Below, piece by piece: positions 26,861-45,532 of a stretch of DNA of 64,000 nucleotides. Source of the DNA: Octopus vulgaris (lineage: Eukaryota); assembly GCA_951406725.2 (NCBI GenBank), contig OX597838.1, forward strand, positions 25,916,001-25,980,000, given 5' to 3'. The first letter of the stretch is position 1. Every line of letters begins with the position of its first letter. The translations under genes and the position numbers were made by a program. A model generated the notes under the pieces. That model worked only from the letters and a program-made list of their open reading frames with translations. It did no database searches and was not told the origin of the DNA.

Positions 26861-27274
26861 ATCCAAGAGAAAGGGTTAACATTTAGGGTGATGATAAATG
26901 GTACAACTGATGATGATGACAAACAGAGGTTGGGGGGCATAGTATGGTAATGATAGAGATGATAGAATGAATGAGAGATTATAAAAAAAAAGAAAAAAGT
27001 GGTAAGTTGGAAGATAGAAAAGGGTTACATTTAAAATGAAGTCAAACTAAGAAGAGTCATCACCCAAAGTAGATCACCCCACACATGCACAGGGTAACCG
27101 GTCGGAACAATTTTAAAATTATAATTTGTAATCTGTGACAAAGGTGAGGGTTCACATTTAAGCTTCACCATTATGTCAAAGTGTAATGTTGTGATTCCAT
27201 AAGCAGAGATTGAAAAAACCAACCAATCTGAAAGATGTACTGGGAGGTGGTGGTGGTAGTGCCTTGACGAATCA

Positions 27275-27751
<477 letters not shown>

Positions 27752-28427
27752 TTAATGAATGTTAATTAAGGAAGACGAGACTAAAAGCTGTTTACCCCAT
27801 TTTTTAAACTGCTTCTTTGTTTCATTGTATAAGCTAACGGTAGGTTAATGAATGAATACATGAGTTGACAACAGCCAGTTTGGCTCAGGAAAAAACAGGA
27901 GTCAGCGAGGATACCTCTATATGGTCATTTAATCTGCTAGAAAATAACTCAGATCTTGGCCTGGCTCTGTGTTGGTTACAATGATGAGTGCTTCTGTTGA
28001 TACAATCAATGGAACAATCGCCTTGTGAAATTTAAGTGCAAGTGGCTGGGTACTCCACAGACATGCGTACACTCAATGTAGTTTTCAGTGAGATTCAGCA
28101 TGACACAGAAAGTGACAAGGCTGTCCTTTTTGAATTTCAGGTACAACTCATTTTTTACAGTTGAGTGAACTGGAGCAATGAGAAATAAAGTGTCTTGCTC
28201 AAGGACACAATGTATCACAGTGAATCAAACACACAACTTTATGATTAGGAGCTGATTACCCTAACCACTAAGCCACGCACCTCTGCAACTCAAATCCTAA
28301 GCTTACACTAGCTGGCATGAAAAGAGAGGAATAAAACACCATTGTGCGTAGATGTGACCTAGGGCTAAACAGCTACAAATGAAAGATCCATCATGAAATC
28401 AATGTGAGGAAGCAGAATCAATCCTTA

Positions 28428-29648
<1,221 letters not shown>

Positions 29649-29950
29649 TTAGAGTGATGGGAAGCGGGGTTTAACTGGTTTGGCATAAGAAACATTGTGA
29701 TGGAAGAGGGTGGTGGTGGAGGGAGGAGAGAGAGAGAGAGAGAGAGAGAGATATAAGAGGGTTAGGGTGTGAGACAAGGAGCAACAATGTGAGAGGGGAA
29801 GAGCGAGAAAGTGTGCAAACGAGAGAAACATATGCACAAGCAAGAGAGAGAGAGTGCAAGAGAGAGAGAGTGCAAGAGAGAGAGAGAAAGAAAGAGTGAG
29901 AGACAGAAAGAGAGAGAGAAAGAAAGAGAGAGAGAAAGAAAGAGAGAGAG

Positions 29951-30000
<50 letters not shown>

Positions 30001-30177
30001 AGAGAGTGTGTGTGTGTGTGTGTATGTGTGAGTGCCAGAGAGAACATGAAACTGCAATGAGCTTTCTTTTGAATGAGAAAAAGTAAAAATGTGAAATTAT
30101 TGAAGGAGACAAAAAAATATAACAAGTAATGGAATGAGGAAAAGTGTGGCGGGAGAGGGGATAAGAAGAAGGGGTTA

Positions 30178-30543
<366 letters not shown>

Positions 30544-31368
30544 CTACTTTGTTTTAATCTATGGACCCCTTTGATTACTTTATTTAGGTGGACCCCCACA
30601 GCCATTCGATGTTTAAAAACTAGTTTTCTTGAAACTTCTTTCAAAATTCTTATTTTGCTTTCAAATTGGCCCCAGTTGATTATTTTAAAATCTAGTACTT
30701 ATTCTACTTTATTGGACCCTTTTGGTGAATTACTAAGTTATGGGGACAAAAACAAACCAATGCTAGTTGTCAAACAGTGGTGGATATAGACAGATACACA
30801 CACAAACATACACACAAATATACACACATGCACACACAAATGAGAACTGCTCAAAGCAGATATTAAGATATGTGCATCCCACCTTCCATTTTTCAGGTGG
30901 AACATGCAAAAGGTATTGAAGTATTTACATTATTGATCAGTTTAGAATCCATCCATGGCCCACATATCGTACTATATATTTATACAAGAATATCCATTAA
31001 CTTGTCTCAGTATTACATCAATCAAATTAACCATGGTTAATGATGGCTCACAAAATAATTTTTTCCTCATTAAGCTACTGTTTGATATGTAATTCAAAAT
31101 ATTCTTCCATAAAATTATAGACAGCTTTACTTTAAATGTAGACATTTTAAAACATGGTATTTTGTATCCTATGTGGTGGTCTCAAGTGAATTGGTACCCA
31201 GACAACCAGAGGTGCTTCAATAAGAAGTGCATTTATTTTATCAAATTCACATTTATACATTGGTACCAATAGAATTTGATGAGGTTGTCTTGGGTGGGTT
31301 GGTTTCCTAGAATTATAAGATATGATCTCTGGTGAATTGGTATCACAGAATCAGTGGGGGTGGTCTCA

Positions 31369-31563
<195 letters not shown>

Positions 31564-32122
31564 CTAGAGGGAGAGAGAAAATTAAATAAAAATGTATAGT
31601 CACTGTCATCAATATGGCTGTTTATTTACATACACACACACACATACATACATATATATAGTGATTTTAATGATTTTAACAATTAATATTAATGTTTTTT
31701 TAATAACTACTTGTGTTCTTATCTTATATGTATTGAATTTTATACTGTATATATGTATGTTATTATGGTTGTCGTTTTGATAAATAAATAAGTCAACATT
31801 TTAATATCCTAAAGCTGATAAACCAACTAATGTGTTTCTCCATTTTCTTATTTGTTATATATATATATATATATTTATTTATTTATTTATTTACATATAC
31901 ACCTATCCATCCACACACACCCACCTATCTATTTATACATCCACGCACACACATGCCCCTATATCTATCTCCACACAATTGTAGATATACTCTACACAAT
32001 TGTAGACATACTCATTCATTTGAAAAAAAAACAATCTCAGCTCCAGCCCCCATGATACACAAGTTGCACTTCATACCATCCAGCTTGAGAAGAAAAAGAA
32101 AGTGACAGACAGACCAAAGCTA

Positions 32123-32347
<225 letters not shown>

Positions 32348-32502
32348 CTAAACAAGTAAGAGGAACAAAATGGTAGATTTAAATTGCATATACATTACTT
32401 TTTTTTTTTTTCACTGTGAGTACCTAAGTACCAGTGAGACTTGAATAGTTTTAGATCTAAAGTCAAATTTAGAATTACTGTTCAAATCAAAGTCAAAATG
32501 AA

Positions 32503-32960
32503 ATTGAGCCACAATCAGACTGGCAGAAAGGACATGCAACTGAGCCACAATCAGAGCAACAGGAAGGACATCCAATTGAGCCACAGTCGGACTGATAGGA
32601 AGGACGTCCAGTTGAGCCACAGTCAGACTGGCAGAAAGAACATGCAACTGAGCCACAGTCGGACCGATAGGAAGGATATCCAGTTGAGCCACAGTCAGAC
32701 TGGCAGAAAGGGCATGCAACTGATCCACAATCAGAACAACGGGAAGGACATCCAATTGATCCAGTCAGACTGATAAGAAGGACATCCAGTTGAGCCACAG
32801 TCAGACTGGCAGAAAGGACATGCAACTGAGCCACAGTCGGACCAATAGGAAGGATATCCAATTGGGCCACAGTCAGACCGATAGGAAGGACATCCAATTG
32901 AATTCCATCCAATTAAGATGGTCAGACCAACAGGAAAGTCATTCAATTGAGCCACTGGTA
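32503..32960. repeat. 36-bp minisatellite, about 12 copies with alternating variants
   Basis: Unit tgagccacagtcagactggcagaaaggacatgcaac alternating with ...gataggaaggatatccagt. Confidence 0.95.
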
Positions 32961-33126
32961 GATTCATGGCAGGGAAAGTGCATATCAAATTTAGATTTAC
33001 TGTGTGAGACCAAAGGCAAACTGCCAAAGTCAAAATGAAATTAAGGAATCAGTACAAGAACAAAATCAATAAAATCCAGATACAATGTCAAAATAATATC
33101 AATGGTATTCTTGACCATAGAAGTCA

Positions 33127-33597
<471 letters not shown>

Positions 33598-33602
33598 CTA
33601 TA

Positions 33603-33964
33603 GACGTAGGAGTGGCTGTGTGGTAAGTAGCTTGCTTACCAGCCACATGGTTCTGGGTTCAGTCCCACTGCATGGCACCATTGGCAGGTGTCTTCTACTA
33701 TAGCCTTGGGTCGACCAAAGCCTTGTAAGTGGATTTGGTAGACAGAAACTGAAAGAAGCCTCTGTGTGTGTGTGTGTCCAACATCGCTTGACAACCGATG
33801 CTGGTGTGTTACGTCCCCGTAACTTAGCGGTTTGGCAAAAGAGACCGATAGAATAAGTACTAGGCTTACAAAGAATAAGTCCTGGGGTCGATTTGCTCGA
33901 CTAAAAAGGTGGTGCTCCAGCATGGCCACAGTCAAATGACTGAAACAAGTAAAAGAGTAAAAGA
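33603..33964 (+). mobile_element. tRNA-derived SINE (family A)
   Basis: tggctgtgtggt A-box-like and ggttcagtccc B-box-like head; gagtaaaa tail; matches copies at 57201 and 60998. Confidence 0.88.
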
Positions 33965-34602
33965 GACATAATACAGACTCATGGGTATTTTACCATTATA
34001 TGACAGCTATACTGTGTTTGAAATATTACTTTGTATGATACAATACACATTCAACGCTTCCAAAAACAAAAACTGTTTGCTTATGTTGTTTCATTAATGT
34101 TAGTTTTTAAGTTACAAAAAGTGACTCTTGGCAATGTGCTGTGCTTGAGAAGATCCATCGAGTCAAGTGAAATCGTAATTGAGGCAGATAGTGGGGTCAT
34201 GTAACTGGCACCCTTGCTGGTGGCATGGAAATGCATCCAGCACACACTTGGAGTGAATAGAGTTGGGAAGGGCATCCAGCCATAGAAACCATGCCAAACC
34301 AGACTTGAGCCTGGTGCGGCCCCTCAGCTTACTAGCCCTGGTCAAACTGTCCAGCCCAAGCCAGCATGGACAACAGATGTTTAATGATGATGATGGAAAA
34401 GTTCTCAGTAAACTAAAGGGTTACTTGATATTATTTGTAGACAGAGTACTTATAAAAAAACAATAGGGCTGACAGTGACTTTGTAGTTTTGACTTGCTAG
34501 CTTTCATCAGACTGGCTAGCAGGCTGAAATATCGAAGACACTGTGTTACCAATATTCTTGTGTGTGTGTATTTGGCAAAGAGAGAAGAACAGATGTAGTT
34601 AC

Positions 34603-34705
34603 CTCATTGTAGTCAACGCTGGAGTCGTTACACATGGCGCAGATAGTGCAAAGTTCCTCAAGACCAGCAAAATCACTGCCCTTCACAACCTTCTGGTTGA
34701 TATGG
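34603..34705 (-). CDS. ATP2A: SERCA exon (N domain): HINQKVVKGSDFAGLEELCTICAMCNDSSVDYNE
   Basis: tttcag acceptor, GTAACT donor, 103 nt. Confidence 0.95.
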
Positions 34706-34914
34706 CTGAAAAATACACAAACATATATATTACATATATTCTTATACATAGGCACAAGCACGGTTATGTGGTAAGAAGCTTGCTTCCCAACCACATCATT
34801 CTAGGTTCAGTCCCACTGCATGACACCTTGGGCAAGTGTCTTCTACTATAGCCTCAAGCCAACCAAAACCTTGTAAGTGGATTTGGTAGGTGAAAACAAA
34901 GAAGATCATCATTA

Positions 34915-35007
<93 letters not shown>

Positions 35008-35080
35008 TACATATACACACACATACATGCCTGTGTCTTTGTCCCCCATCACCATTTGACAACTGGTATGTACATGTATA

Positions 35081-35313
35081 AAGGCGGCGAGCTGGCAGAA
35101 ACGTTAGCATGCCAGGCGAAACGCTTAGGAGTATTTTGTCTGCCGCTACGTTCTGAGTTCAAATTCAGCGGAGGTCAACTTTGCCTTTCATCCTTTCGGG
35201 GTCGATTAAATAAGTACCAGTTATGCACTGGGGTCGATATAATCGACTTAACCCGTTTGTCTGTCCCTGTTTGTCCCCTCTGTGTTTAGCCCCTTGTGGG
35301 TAGTAAAGAAATA
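35081..35313 (+). mobile_element. SINE family B nested inside a family A SINE (about 34750-35550)
   Basis: 16-bp target-site duplication ggtatgtacatgtata at 35065-35080 and 35314-35329. Confidence 0.9.
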
Positions 35314-35826
35314 GGTATGTACATGTATATGTGTGTGTGTGTGTGTGTGTGAGTGTGAGTATTTGTCCCCTATCACCACTTGACAACTGGTGTTGGTGTG
35401 TTTATGTCCCTGTAACTTAGTCGTTCGGCAAATAATATTGATAGAAAATAAACACAAGGCTTTAAGAATAAGTCCTGGGATTGATTTATTCAACTAAAAC
35501 CTTTGAAGGCAGTACTCCAGTATGGTCACAGTCAAATGACAAACAAAAGAATACACATACACACACACAAATTATACACTAATATTCAAAATATTTATTG
35601 ATTGGAACACGCAGATAAGATGTGGATTCTGGAAATTGCATGTCGGGCCATAAGATGAGGAAGACAGTAACTTCAAATAAGAACCAACAGCAGGTAGATG
35701 AATTGAACTGAGCACAGAGACAAAAATTGTAATAAGGCAGTAAGTCTGAGAGCACCGTCTCTAACTTTATTCCCATAACTGAAAAAATACCTGTTGAAGT
35801 GTAACTAAATGCTGTACTGGTACTTA

Positions 35827-36084
<258 letters not shown>

Positions 36085-36604
36085 TCAGTTGGAAAATCGT
36101 AGTAAACAACAACAACAGCAGCAGTAGCAACTACTACTACTACTAGATTAAAAATTAACTAATTATGGGTTTTTGATGCAGATATATTCAACTCCGGCAG
36201 AATATGCAAATGCGACCATCTCATTGGTTAACATCAACCGAGTACCTTTTAGCCAACACTTACTTTGTCTTCTAACCCCAGGAAAGATAAAAGGCCAGAA
36301 TTATATTTCTTCTAGAAAGCTTCACTTAACTCTTCTCTTGAAACTTGTGTTTCTTTAACCCTCTCACCCAAAAAAGCCTGCAACTTCAGTGATCTTTCCA
36401 CCACTGTTCATGTATATCAGCTTGTGGCTGGCAGCGCCAGTAGATACTTGCTATTAATGAAGCTAAAAGAAGCAGAAATCTGGGTTTAGCACCCACAACC
36501 CAACCAAAATTTAAAAAAAGGAGGGGGTGTTAATTAGAATTAAAAGAATTTATACTAATTTGTATTTATTACTATTAACCCTTTTATAACCATATTTTAT
36601 AACC

Positions 36605-36806
36605 GTGTCACCTGTGCAGGTGGCACATAAAAAGCACCCACTACACTCACGGAGTGGTTGGCGTTAGGAAGGGCATCCAGCTGTAGAAACATTGCCAGAT
36701 AAGACTGGAGCCTGGTGCAGCCTTCTGGCTTCCCAGATCCCCGGTCGAACCGTCCAACCCATGCTAGCATGGAGAACGGACGTTAAACGATGATGATGAT
36801 GATGAT
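36605..36806 (+). mobile_element. SINE family C, 5'-truncated
   Basis: Near-identical to 46508-46703; (GAT)n tail. Confidence 0.88.
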
Positions 36807-37458
36807 TTCTGGTGAAATATACTATTCCCTCCATTTCAATTAATTTTTTTAAATAATTTAGTAAAATGGTGCTTATAACTTAAATCAACACGAAATTGTA
36901 ATGGAAGATTTTAATTTAGATCTATTTAAAAATATGATGTTTGTGTTTTAGAACCAGTGGGTGGTCTCAGGTGTGTTGGTAACAAAAACGGTTACAAGAA
37001 AAAGTTCCTACTGTATCTAAAATGGATTGTTGCCTCTCAAAGAGGCAGAAAAGTATTTTATTTTACATTATTTATAGTACCTGTATTAATATTTGGTTAA
37101 GAAAACCTTGTCGTTATTCAAATTATACATCTATTTCTTCATATTTCTCATTTCTACTGCATTCAGAATATTAAATGATAATACTGAATATACTGAAGTG
37201 TGTGTATGTGCATGTGTGTATGTGCATATGTGTACATATATGCGTATGTGTGTGTGTTTGTCCTACATGACTTGTGTTGGTTTGTTTACATCCCTGTAAC
37301 TGGTTTAGTAAAAGAGACATAGTTTAAATATCAGATTTAAAAGTATAACGGAACCAATTTGTTTGATTAAACTTAAGGCAGTGCCCCAGCATGGCCACGG
37401 TTCAATAACTGAAACAAGATAACTATTGCAGGAGTCAGAGATAGGAGAAAGTAAACTA

Positions 37459-37596
<138 letters not shown>

Positions 37597-38144
37597 TCAT
37601 ATTTCCAATAATTACAGAGTTTAATTATTGTAATCAATTAATATAATCAAGGATTTTGAGAGCTTCATTAAAATATCCAATTTTATATATTTTTTTTTTT
37701 TTCAGAAAGAAAGATTCAGGCACACACATACACACACATATATGACAGGCTGCCACAGATTCCGCCGACCAAACCCACCCACAAGGCATTGGTCAGCATG
37801 GTGCTACAGTAGAGGACACTTGCCCAAGGTGCCACACAGTGGGACTGAACCCGGAACAACCAGATTGTTGCAGAGTGAGCTTCTTAACCACACAACCATT
37901 GCCTTCACCTGAGCATTTTTGTTTTTTAATTCTTCTTCAATTAATCAGTGGATGAGGATGAGTTTCACTATGTGATGAGTATTGAGTGTATATATATATA
38001 TATAAAGGTAAAAACCCCACCTCAGTCATGAATAACCATGGGATTGCACCTAGGAAAGTTACCCACCAAGACACAAGTCCAGGCAAGGTTTAATATGGAA
38101 GACCAGCAGTCACCCATGCATAACAGACAGGAAGGAGGCATTTA

Positions 38145-38264
<120 letters not shown>

Positions 38265-39642
38265 TTATTTTAAACTGTCACAAACACACCTTTCTAAATC
38301 AGAGGACAAAGCAGCAATTTTGGAAATAGAAAAAGCCACTAGTATAATCTATTATTGTATTTGATGGCATAAAAGACACATGGGTATATTAGATGAACCC
38401 TAATTCTAGCAGTGCATATTTTGGAAAAAGTGAGCATCAAGAACAAAACTAGCTTATGGAAGGCTCAACTACAGAGAGGACCCTGAGTGATATTTTGAGA
38501 CATTTTTTTGGAAAAAGAGTGTGTTTTATAAGCAATCAAATATGGTAGACAGTGATGAAATTATAGATTCATTAGACCAGATTTTATACTGGCTTTTGTA
38601 GAATTGAAGAGAGAGAGAGAGAGAGAGAGAGAAAGTACAAAACTGCCAGTCCATCACAGATGACGCTGGTTCTCATTTTGAGTTGAGTGGATTGAAGCCA
38701 GGAGAAATTAAGTGCCTTGCTGCAGGGTACAATGTACCACCTGGTCCATGAACTGAACCCACAATCGAGAGCCTAGAATCAACCTAATAATTGTGAACAC
38801 AATAGCCTAACCCTTAGGCCCCCACCCTTTTGCTACTATATCACAGAAGTGCATTTAATGTATCAAGTTCATGGGTGGATGTCCAACATAATTTCGTTGC
38901 AGATTGATGTACATAACCTGCACCTGCTGGCCCAAATGAAGCACAACTGCACAAGCTTACAAGATTCTACATCCTTGAAAATTGACAAAATAACATCCGT
39001 TGGCACTATGGTGACCAACACAAAAAATGAAAACATGTTTATTTAGTGCAAGTTCGGTTCTTATCAAACATGTCTTTGATCAAAGATGTTCTAGTTGTCA
39101 TCATCCTATGTTTCAGTTAGGCATAGTATATCTAAGACTACATTATTCACTGTGCTTTTCACATCCTATAGTGATAGGATGTGAATTGAGACACATTTGG
39201 CTGCTACTTCAAGCAGACTGCCCAGTTGGTTTGCCCAATAAGATGTTTAGCTTCAAGTTGGCTTCAACCAATTAAAAGCTTTCTAGTTTTGATCATTCCT
39301 TCCCAAAGTTAAGCTGTTGTGCATTTAGCACAATATCATTCATGTATCCCTCTGTTTTTTTAAACGATATGCAATTTGAGGGGAATTAGATTGCTATTTC
39401 TAACATTTTAAGCGACCACTTACAGAATCCCCATGTTAGCTTGTCCAATACATTGGCTAGTAGAGGAAAGCTGTTGGCATGGGCGTCTAACTTGGATTAG
39501 ACATAATACAGTTAAAGCAGAAAGAAACATTAAAATAACTAAGAGAGAAAATAATTTTTGTACATCCTCCCAGTATTACAGGTACTAGCTATTATCAGAG
39601 TAGTTTGCTTGTGGTCTGTGTCTCTCTTTAAACAAAAGATCA

Positions 39643-39912
<270 letters not shown>

Positions 39913-40895
39913 TCAAAACATCACTGTGTGTGTTTCAATAGCATGGCCAATCAGCAACACAAAAATTACGTAATATTACATAATTCCATATTACTGCATA
40001 ACCACATCATTTCATCAGGCAAATGAACTTAATAACACCTCCATAACACTAAATTAATTGTGAAGATATTTTTGATCTCTACTACATTTATAGATAATGC
40101 ATCCATGGCCAAATGGTTAGGAAGTTTACTTTACAATGCTAATTTCACTGTGGAGCATCTTGGACAAGTGTCTTTTATTGTAGCCCCAGAGTGATCAAAA
40201 CTGAGTAGATTTGGTTAATAGAAACTAAAAGAGACCTGTCGTGAACGTATGTATGCATGCATACATACACACACACACCTCTGCATATATTCAAGCATGT
40301 TACTGGTACCTTGCCTTGACATTCCATGAAAGTTGTATAAGAGCTTCACCTTCATACAATTGGTGTCTATTTCTAATCTTCCATGAAAACATGTCTGGCC
40401 TTGAGGAAACATTACCTTACTAGGAAACAAGTGAGGGCCATAGAAAAACTGTCTCAATGAATTTTGCCAGACCAATGTGATTATGGAAAAGTAAATGTTA
40501 AAATGACACTATATATATATATATATATATATATAAATTGTAGTTAGGGGATATTATGTATGAGTATCACTTTTGGTTAGATCTGGTCCCTTTTCACATG
40601 TCCATCATCATAACCCTTGCAGTACTCCCTTTTTTATCCTTTTCTCTGATGTCAAATGCATTAAGAGTTAATATTTTGGGTGGGACAAGGTGGTTGGTGT
40701 TAAGGAGTGCATCCAGTCATAAAAACCATGCCAAAACAGACACGGAGGCTTGGTGCAGTCCTCGAGTTCACCAACTCCTGTTGAGCTGTTCCCCCCATGC
40801 CAACATGGAAAACCGGATGTTAAACCGAATGAGTCATCAGAGATACACTGTGTAGTTCATGGTTCTGAGAATCTTTGAATGAAAGTCCTACTTAC

Positions 40896-40962
40896 CGATT
40901 TCTGTGCTTAGTCCAGTTCCAATGACAAGTCCACGGCATTTTCCGGCAGCAATATTGGTACC
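40896..40962 (-). CDS. ATP2A: SERCA exon: GTNIAAGKCRGLVIGTGLSTEI
   Basis: attcag acceptor, GTAAGT donor, 67 nt; not shown in the ORF track, translated by hand. Confidence 0.96.
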
Positions 40963-41783
40963 CTGAATTGATGAGATAGAAGGATACAAAACAATTACAC
41001 AGTTGTGAAAATTATTCCAAATGATGTGAAATAAGAGCAGACACTCTGGCATCGTCACTGCCATCTTACCTTTTTACTAAGATACCCCCACCCACCCATT
41101 CTTATATAAAAGTGGGGTAACCATGTATTTTCTCTAAAGCAAGACACCCCTGATTGTTCCTGTCAATAAAAATCACCCCTACATCATTTCAAATATCCTC
41201 ACCACAACTTGGTCAAGAAGACCTTTCCCTTTCCTGTTTTGACAACCTCACTAGTGCCAGTGGCACAAAAAAAACCCAGTACATAGTAAAGTGGTTGGGG
41301 TTAGGAAGGGCATCCATCTATCCATAGAAACCATACCAAGGTACAGTAGAGCCCCTTATCACAAGCCAATGAGGGAGTCTCTTTCTGCTGGGTTGACCTG
41401 TGAGGAAAAACAGCCTAATCCCTTTAATATTGTACTGTCTTGAGACAAACTGGAAATAACACTTTAAATAATCAAAGTTCCAAATACTCCAGAATGAGCT
41501 TTAATCAGATTAAGCCTACTCAATCAGATTCACCTAGGGTTAAGCAACAGTATACCAAGGTACATACAATCTACAAAATGTAAATAGTGAACTGAAGTGG
41601 GTAATGTACCTCAAAGGGTCACAATGAAAGTAACCCTTCAGTATCAACATTGCAGACATGGCTGTGTCACACTGAGATATTTACTTATCCTTATTTCCCT
41701 TAATTGAAAATAGATAAGGGTCAGTGACAGGAAAGGCATCCAGCTTTAAGAAAAAAAAAACAATGCCTTAATATACACACTTA

Positions 41784-42218
<435 letters not shown>

Positions 42219-42517
42219 CTAACACACGCATATACACACATTTAACAGATAGCACACATACATAATATACACACACATTTAACAGAGATAACACACACAC
42301 ATACTATATACACACATTTAACAGAGATAACACACACACATACACACACATATAATATACGCAGGCACATACAGATATACACACATTAACCCGTAATAAC
42401 ACAAATATAATTACATACATCTCCACACACAAAGTTTTAAGTTATTTCTTTAGACTTTACATCTTTCACAGACAAAGAGGGGGAGACAGAGAGAAGTGAA
42501 TGAAGAGTACAGTTACT

Positions 42518-42551
<34 letters not shown>

Positions 42552-42557
42552 ACTTAC

Positions 42558-42638
42558 CGGTAAGAATAGCTTGATCAATTCTGAGAGTTGTGGAGAAAAT
42601 TTTGATAATACGGATGTCAGCGGGTACTTGGTCACCAA
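42558..42638 (-). CDS. ATP2A: SERCA exon (A domain): [27 protein letters not shown]
   Basis: ccacag acceptor, GTAAGT donor, 81 nt. Confidence 0.97.
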
Positions 42639-43259
42639 CTGTGGAGAAAGAGAGGGAAAGTGTTAGACAAAGATTGATATGAACTAGCAAGAGTACTGGG
42701 TATCTGGGTATATGGTTCCAGGGTCAGTACTGCACAAAGGCTACCAGGAGTACAGAGTCTCACTGAAGATACTCCACAAAGGTACTCAGAGTACATGGTT
42801 TCGCTGAAGAAACTCCACAAAGGTACCAAGAGTACAGTCTCACAGAAAATACTCTGCAAAGGACCAGGAGTGAGTATAATATGAGGCACTTTTTAAAGTT
42901 TTCTCTAATTGCATGAAAGTTTCCAGTGCAAACAAATGAAGCAGGGTTTCCAAGTTCAAATTTCACTAAGATTGAGTTTGCTATTCATATCCCTGGAAGA
43001 GTGAGAAAATAATTTTGGTTAGATCTGGTCCCTTTTCACATGTCCATCATCATAACCCTTGCAGTACTCCTTTTTTTTATCCGTTTCTCTGATGTCAAAT
43101 GCATTAAGAGTTAATATTTTGGGTGGGACAAGGTGGTTGGTGTTAGAAAGCGCATCCAGTCATAAAAATCATGCCAAAACAGACACGATTATCATTATAA
43201 CTGAGTATTGCCTCCCTGAAAATTTTATCTCAGTTTTCTTCTGCTAGAAATTATTAATA

Positions 43260-44070
43260 TTGTTATGCAAAATGCTTAGCGGCATTTTGCTCCGTCTTTA
43301 TATTCCGAGTTCAAATTCCCCTGAGGTCAGCTCTGCCTTTTATTTTTTGGGAATTGATAAAATAAATACCAGTTGAGCACTGGGGTTGATGTAAACAACT
43401 TACCCCCACCGCCTCCGAAACTGCTAGCCTTGTGCCAAAATTTTAAGCCATTATTATCATTGTTGTTATAAATAAGGTAAGAAGCTGACAGAACTTCAAA
43501 TTCCATGTTGACTTCACCTTTCATCTTTTCAGGGTTGATAAAATACAATTCTAATTAAGTACTGGCGGGGTCAGTGTAATCAACTAACCCTCTCCTAAAT
43601 TTGCTAGTCTTGTACCAAAATTTGAAACATTATTATTATCATTAATAAGGCAATGGGCTGGCAGAATCATTAGCATGCTGGGCAAAATGCTTAGCAACAT
43701 TTCATCCATTGTTACATTCTGAGTTCAAATTCTACCAAGGTTGACTTTGCTTTTCATACTTCCAGGGTTGATTAAATAAGTATCAGTTACACATAGGGGT
43801 CAATGTAATTGACTTACCCCATCCCACCAAATTTCAGGCCTTCTGCCTATAGCAGAAAGGATTATGGTGGCACGTAAGTACTGGTGGCACATAAGAAGCA
43901 CCCACTACACTCTCGGAGTGGTTGGCGTTAGGAAGGGCATCTAGCTGTAGAAACACTGCCAGATTAGACTGGTGCCTGGTGCAGCCCCCAGGCTTCCCAG
44001 ACCCAGGTCGAACCGTCCAACCCATGCTAGCATGGAAAACGGACATTAAACAATGATGATGATGATGATT
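43260..44070 (+). mobile_element. Three tandem family B SINE remnants followed by a family C SINE
   Basis: Repeated ttcaaattc...tttcatc...taccagtt blocks, then the family C core and (GAT)n tail. Confidence 0.8.
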
Positions 44071-44869
44071 ATTATCGTCATATTATTGGTAGAATGACAG
44101 ACTTGTTAGAAAGTCAGACAGAATGCATTGCTGTATTTGTTCTGGCTCTTAACAATCTGAGTTCAATTCTTACCAAATTCAACTTTGACTTTCATCCTCC
44201 AGAGCAAAACATCTGCTTTTCATCCCACCTCAGATTAAAACATTACAAATTCTGCTGCCAGGCAACAGATGTATTCAATCCTAAAACTATAGATTTCTTA
44301 TCCGACTACATTTTCCAGCTTGTGTAAAGAAGTGTGGAGGGGGGTAGGTGGAGTAAGTTGTACAAAAATACTTGAGAGAAAGGATGTATATTCTAGGGCT
44401 GGGCTAAGATGCTAAATACCTTGGCACTAACTCTGGGATTGATTATGCTTGTGCTTGGGGGTGGGGTACACTTAATCCACCACCCACTTTGACATCAAAT
44501 ATACCTGGCCCTCTGTCCAATCTGTGACAAGCATTTAGAGCAGCTTTATGTTATAGGGTTGGTATAGGGGGTGAAGGCACATGGCCTAGCGGTTGGTGGT
44601 GGGGATTGCACTCACGATTGCTAGATTATGGTTTCAATTCCTGGACCAGATATTGTGTTATGTTCTTGAGCAAAACAAGCAAAAGACTTCACCTCCCCTT
44701 GCTCTGTAATCATGCACCTGTACAGGTAATGTCAATTTGATGGAGGGAGTGAGTTAATGTACATTGTAAGCACTTGATCACTATAAAAGAACTTATCTGC
44801 ACAGGTTGTTCAGCAAAGAAACTGTGGAACCCTAATCTGTCATTTATGACAAGAGAGACCCCCATGTTA

Positions 44870-45236
44870 TCTCTCTATATATAAACGGCAGTTTGTCTGT
44901 GTGTGTTTCTGTGTCTGTTTGCTTGTACCCTCACCTTGACCACGGCTTTCAACCGATTCTGATGAAACTTGACACACACATAGCCCAATGTCATAATTCA
45001 AAACTAACGCAGCGAAAATTTTGAAAAGTTCCCCCAGTTCTGAAAAAAATCGATAAATTCGACATGGGGTCGAGAATCAGAAACACAAACTACAGACTGT
45101 CTAGGGGACGCAACTCGACCTTTTTAACTAAAAAAATTTACCATCATTTTTTTTCCATTTTTTGGCTATAACTCTCTAAAAATGCTTTATAGTTATTTCC
45201 CTTACAAACCCGAGCAACGCCGGGCGATACTGCTAG
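44870..45236 (+). mobile_element. Non-autonomous Helitron
   Basis: A|TC start sharing tctctatatataaacggca with the 24152 element; hairpin cccgagcaacgccggg (45209-45224); CTAG|T end. Confidence 0.85.
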
Positions 45237-45334
45237 TTTGGACATAAAACACAAGATATTGATGACAATGACTACGGTGCCTGCTTCCAATTTCTTCCAA
45301 CGTTTCCAGTACGAGACCTTGTCAATTCCTATTA

Positions 45335-45532
<198 letters not shown>

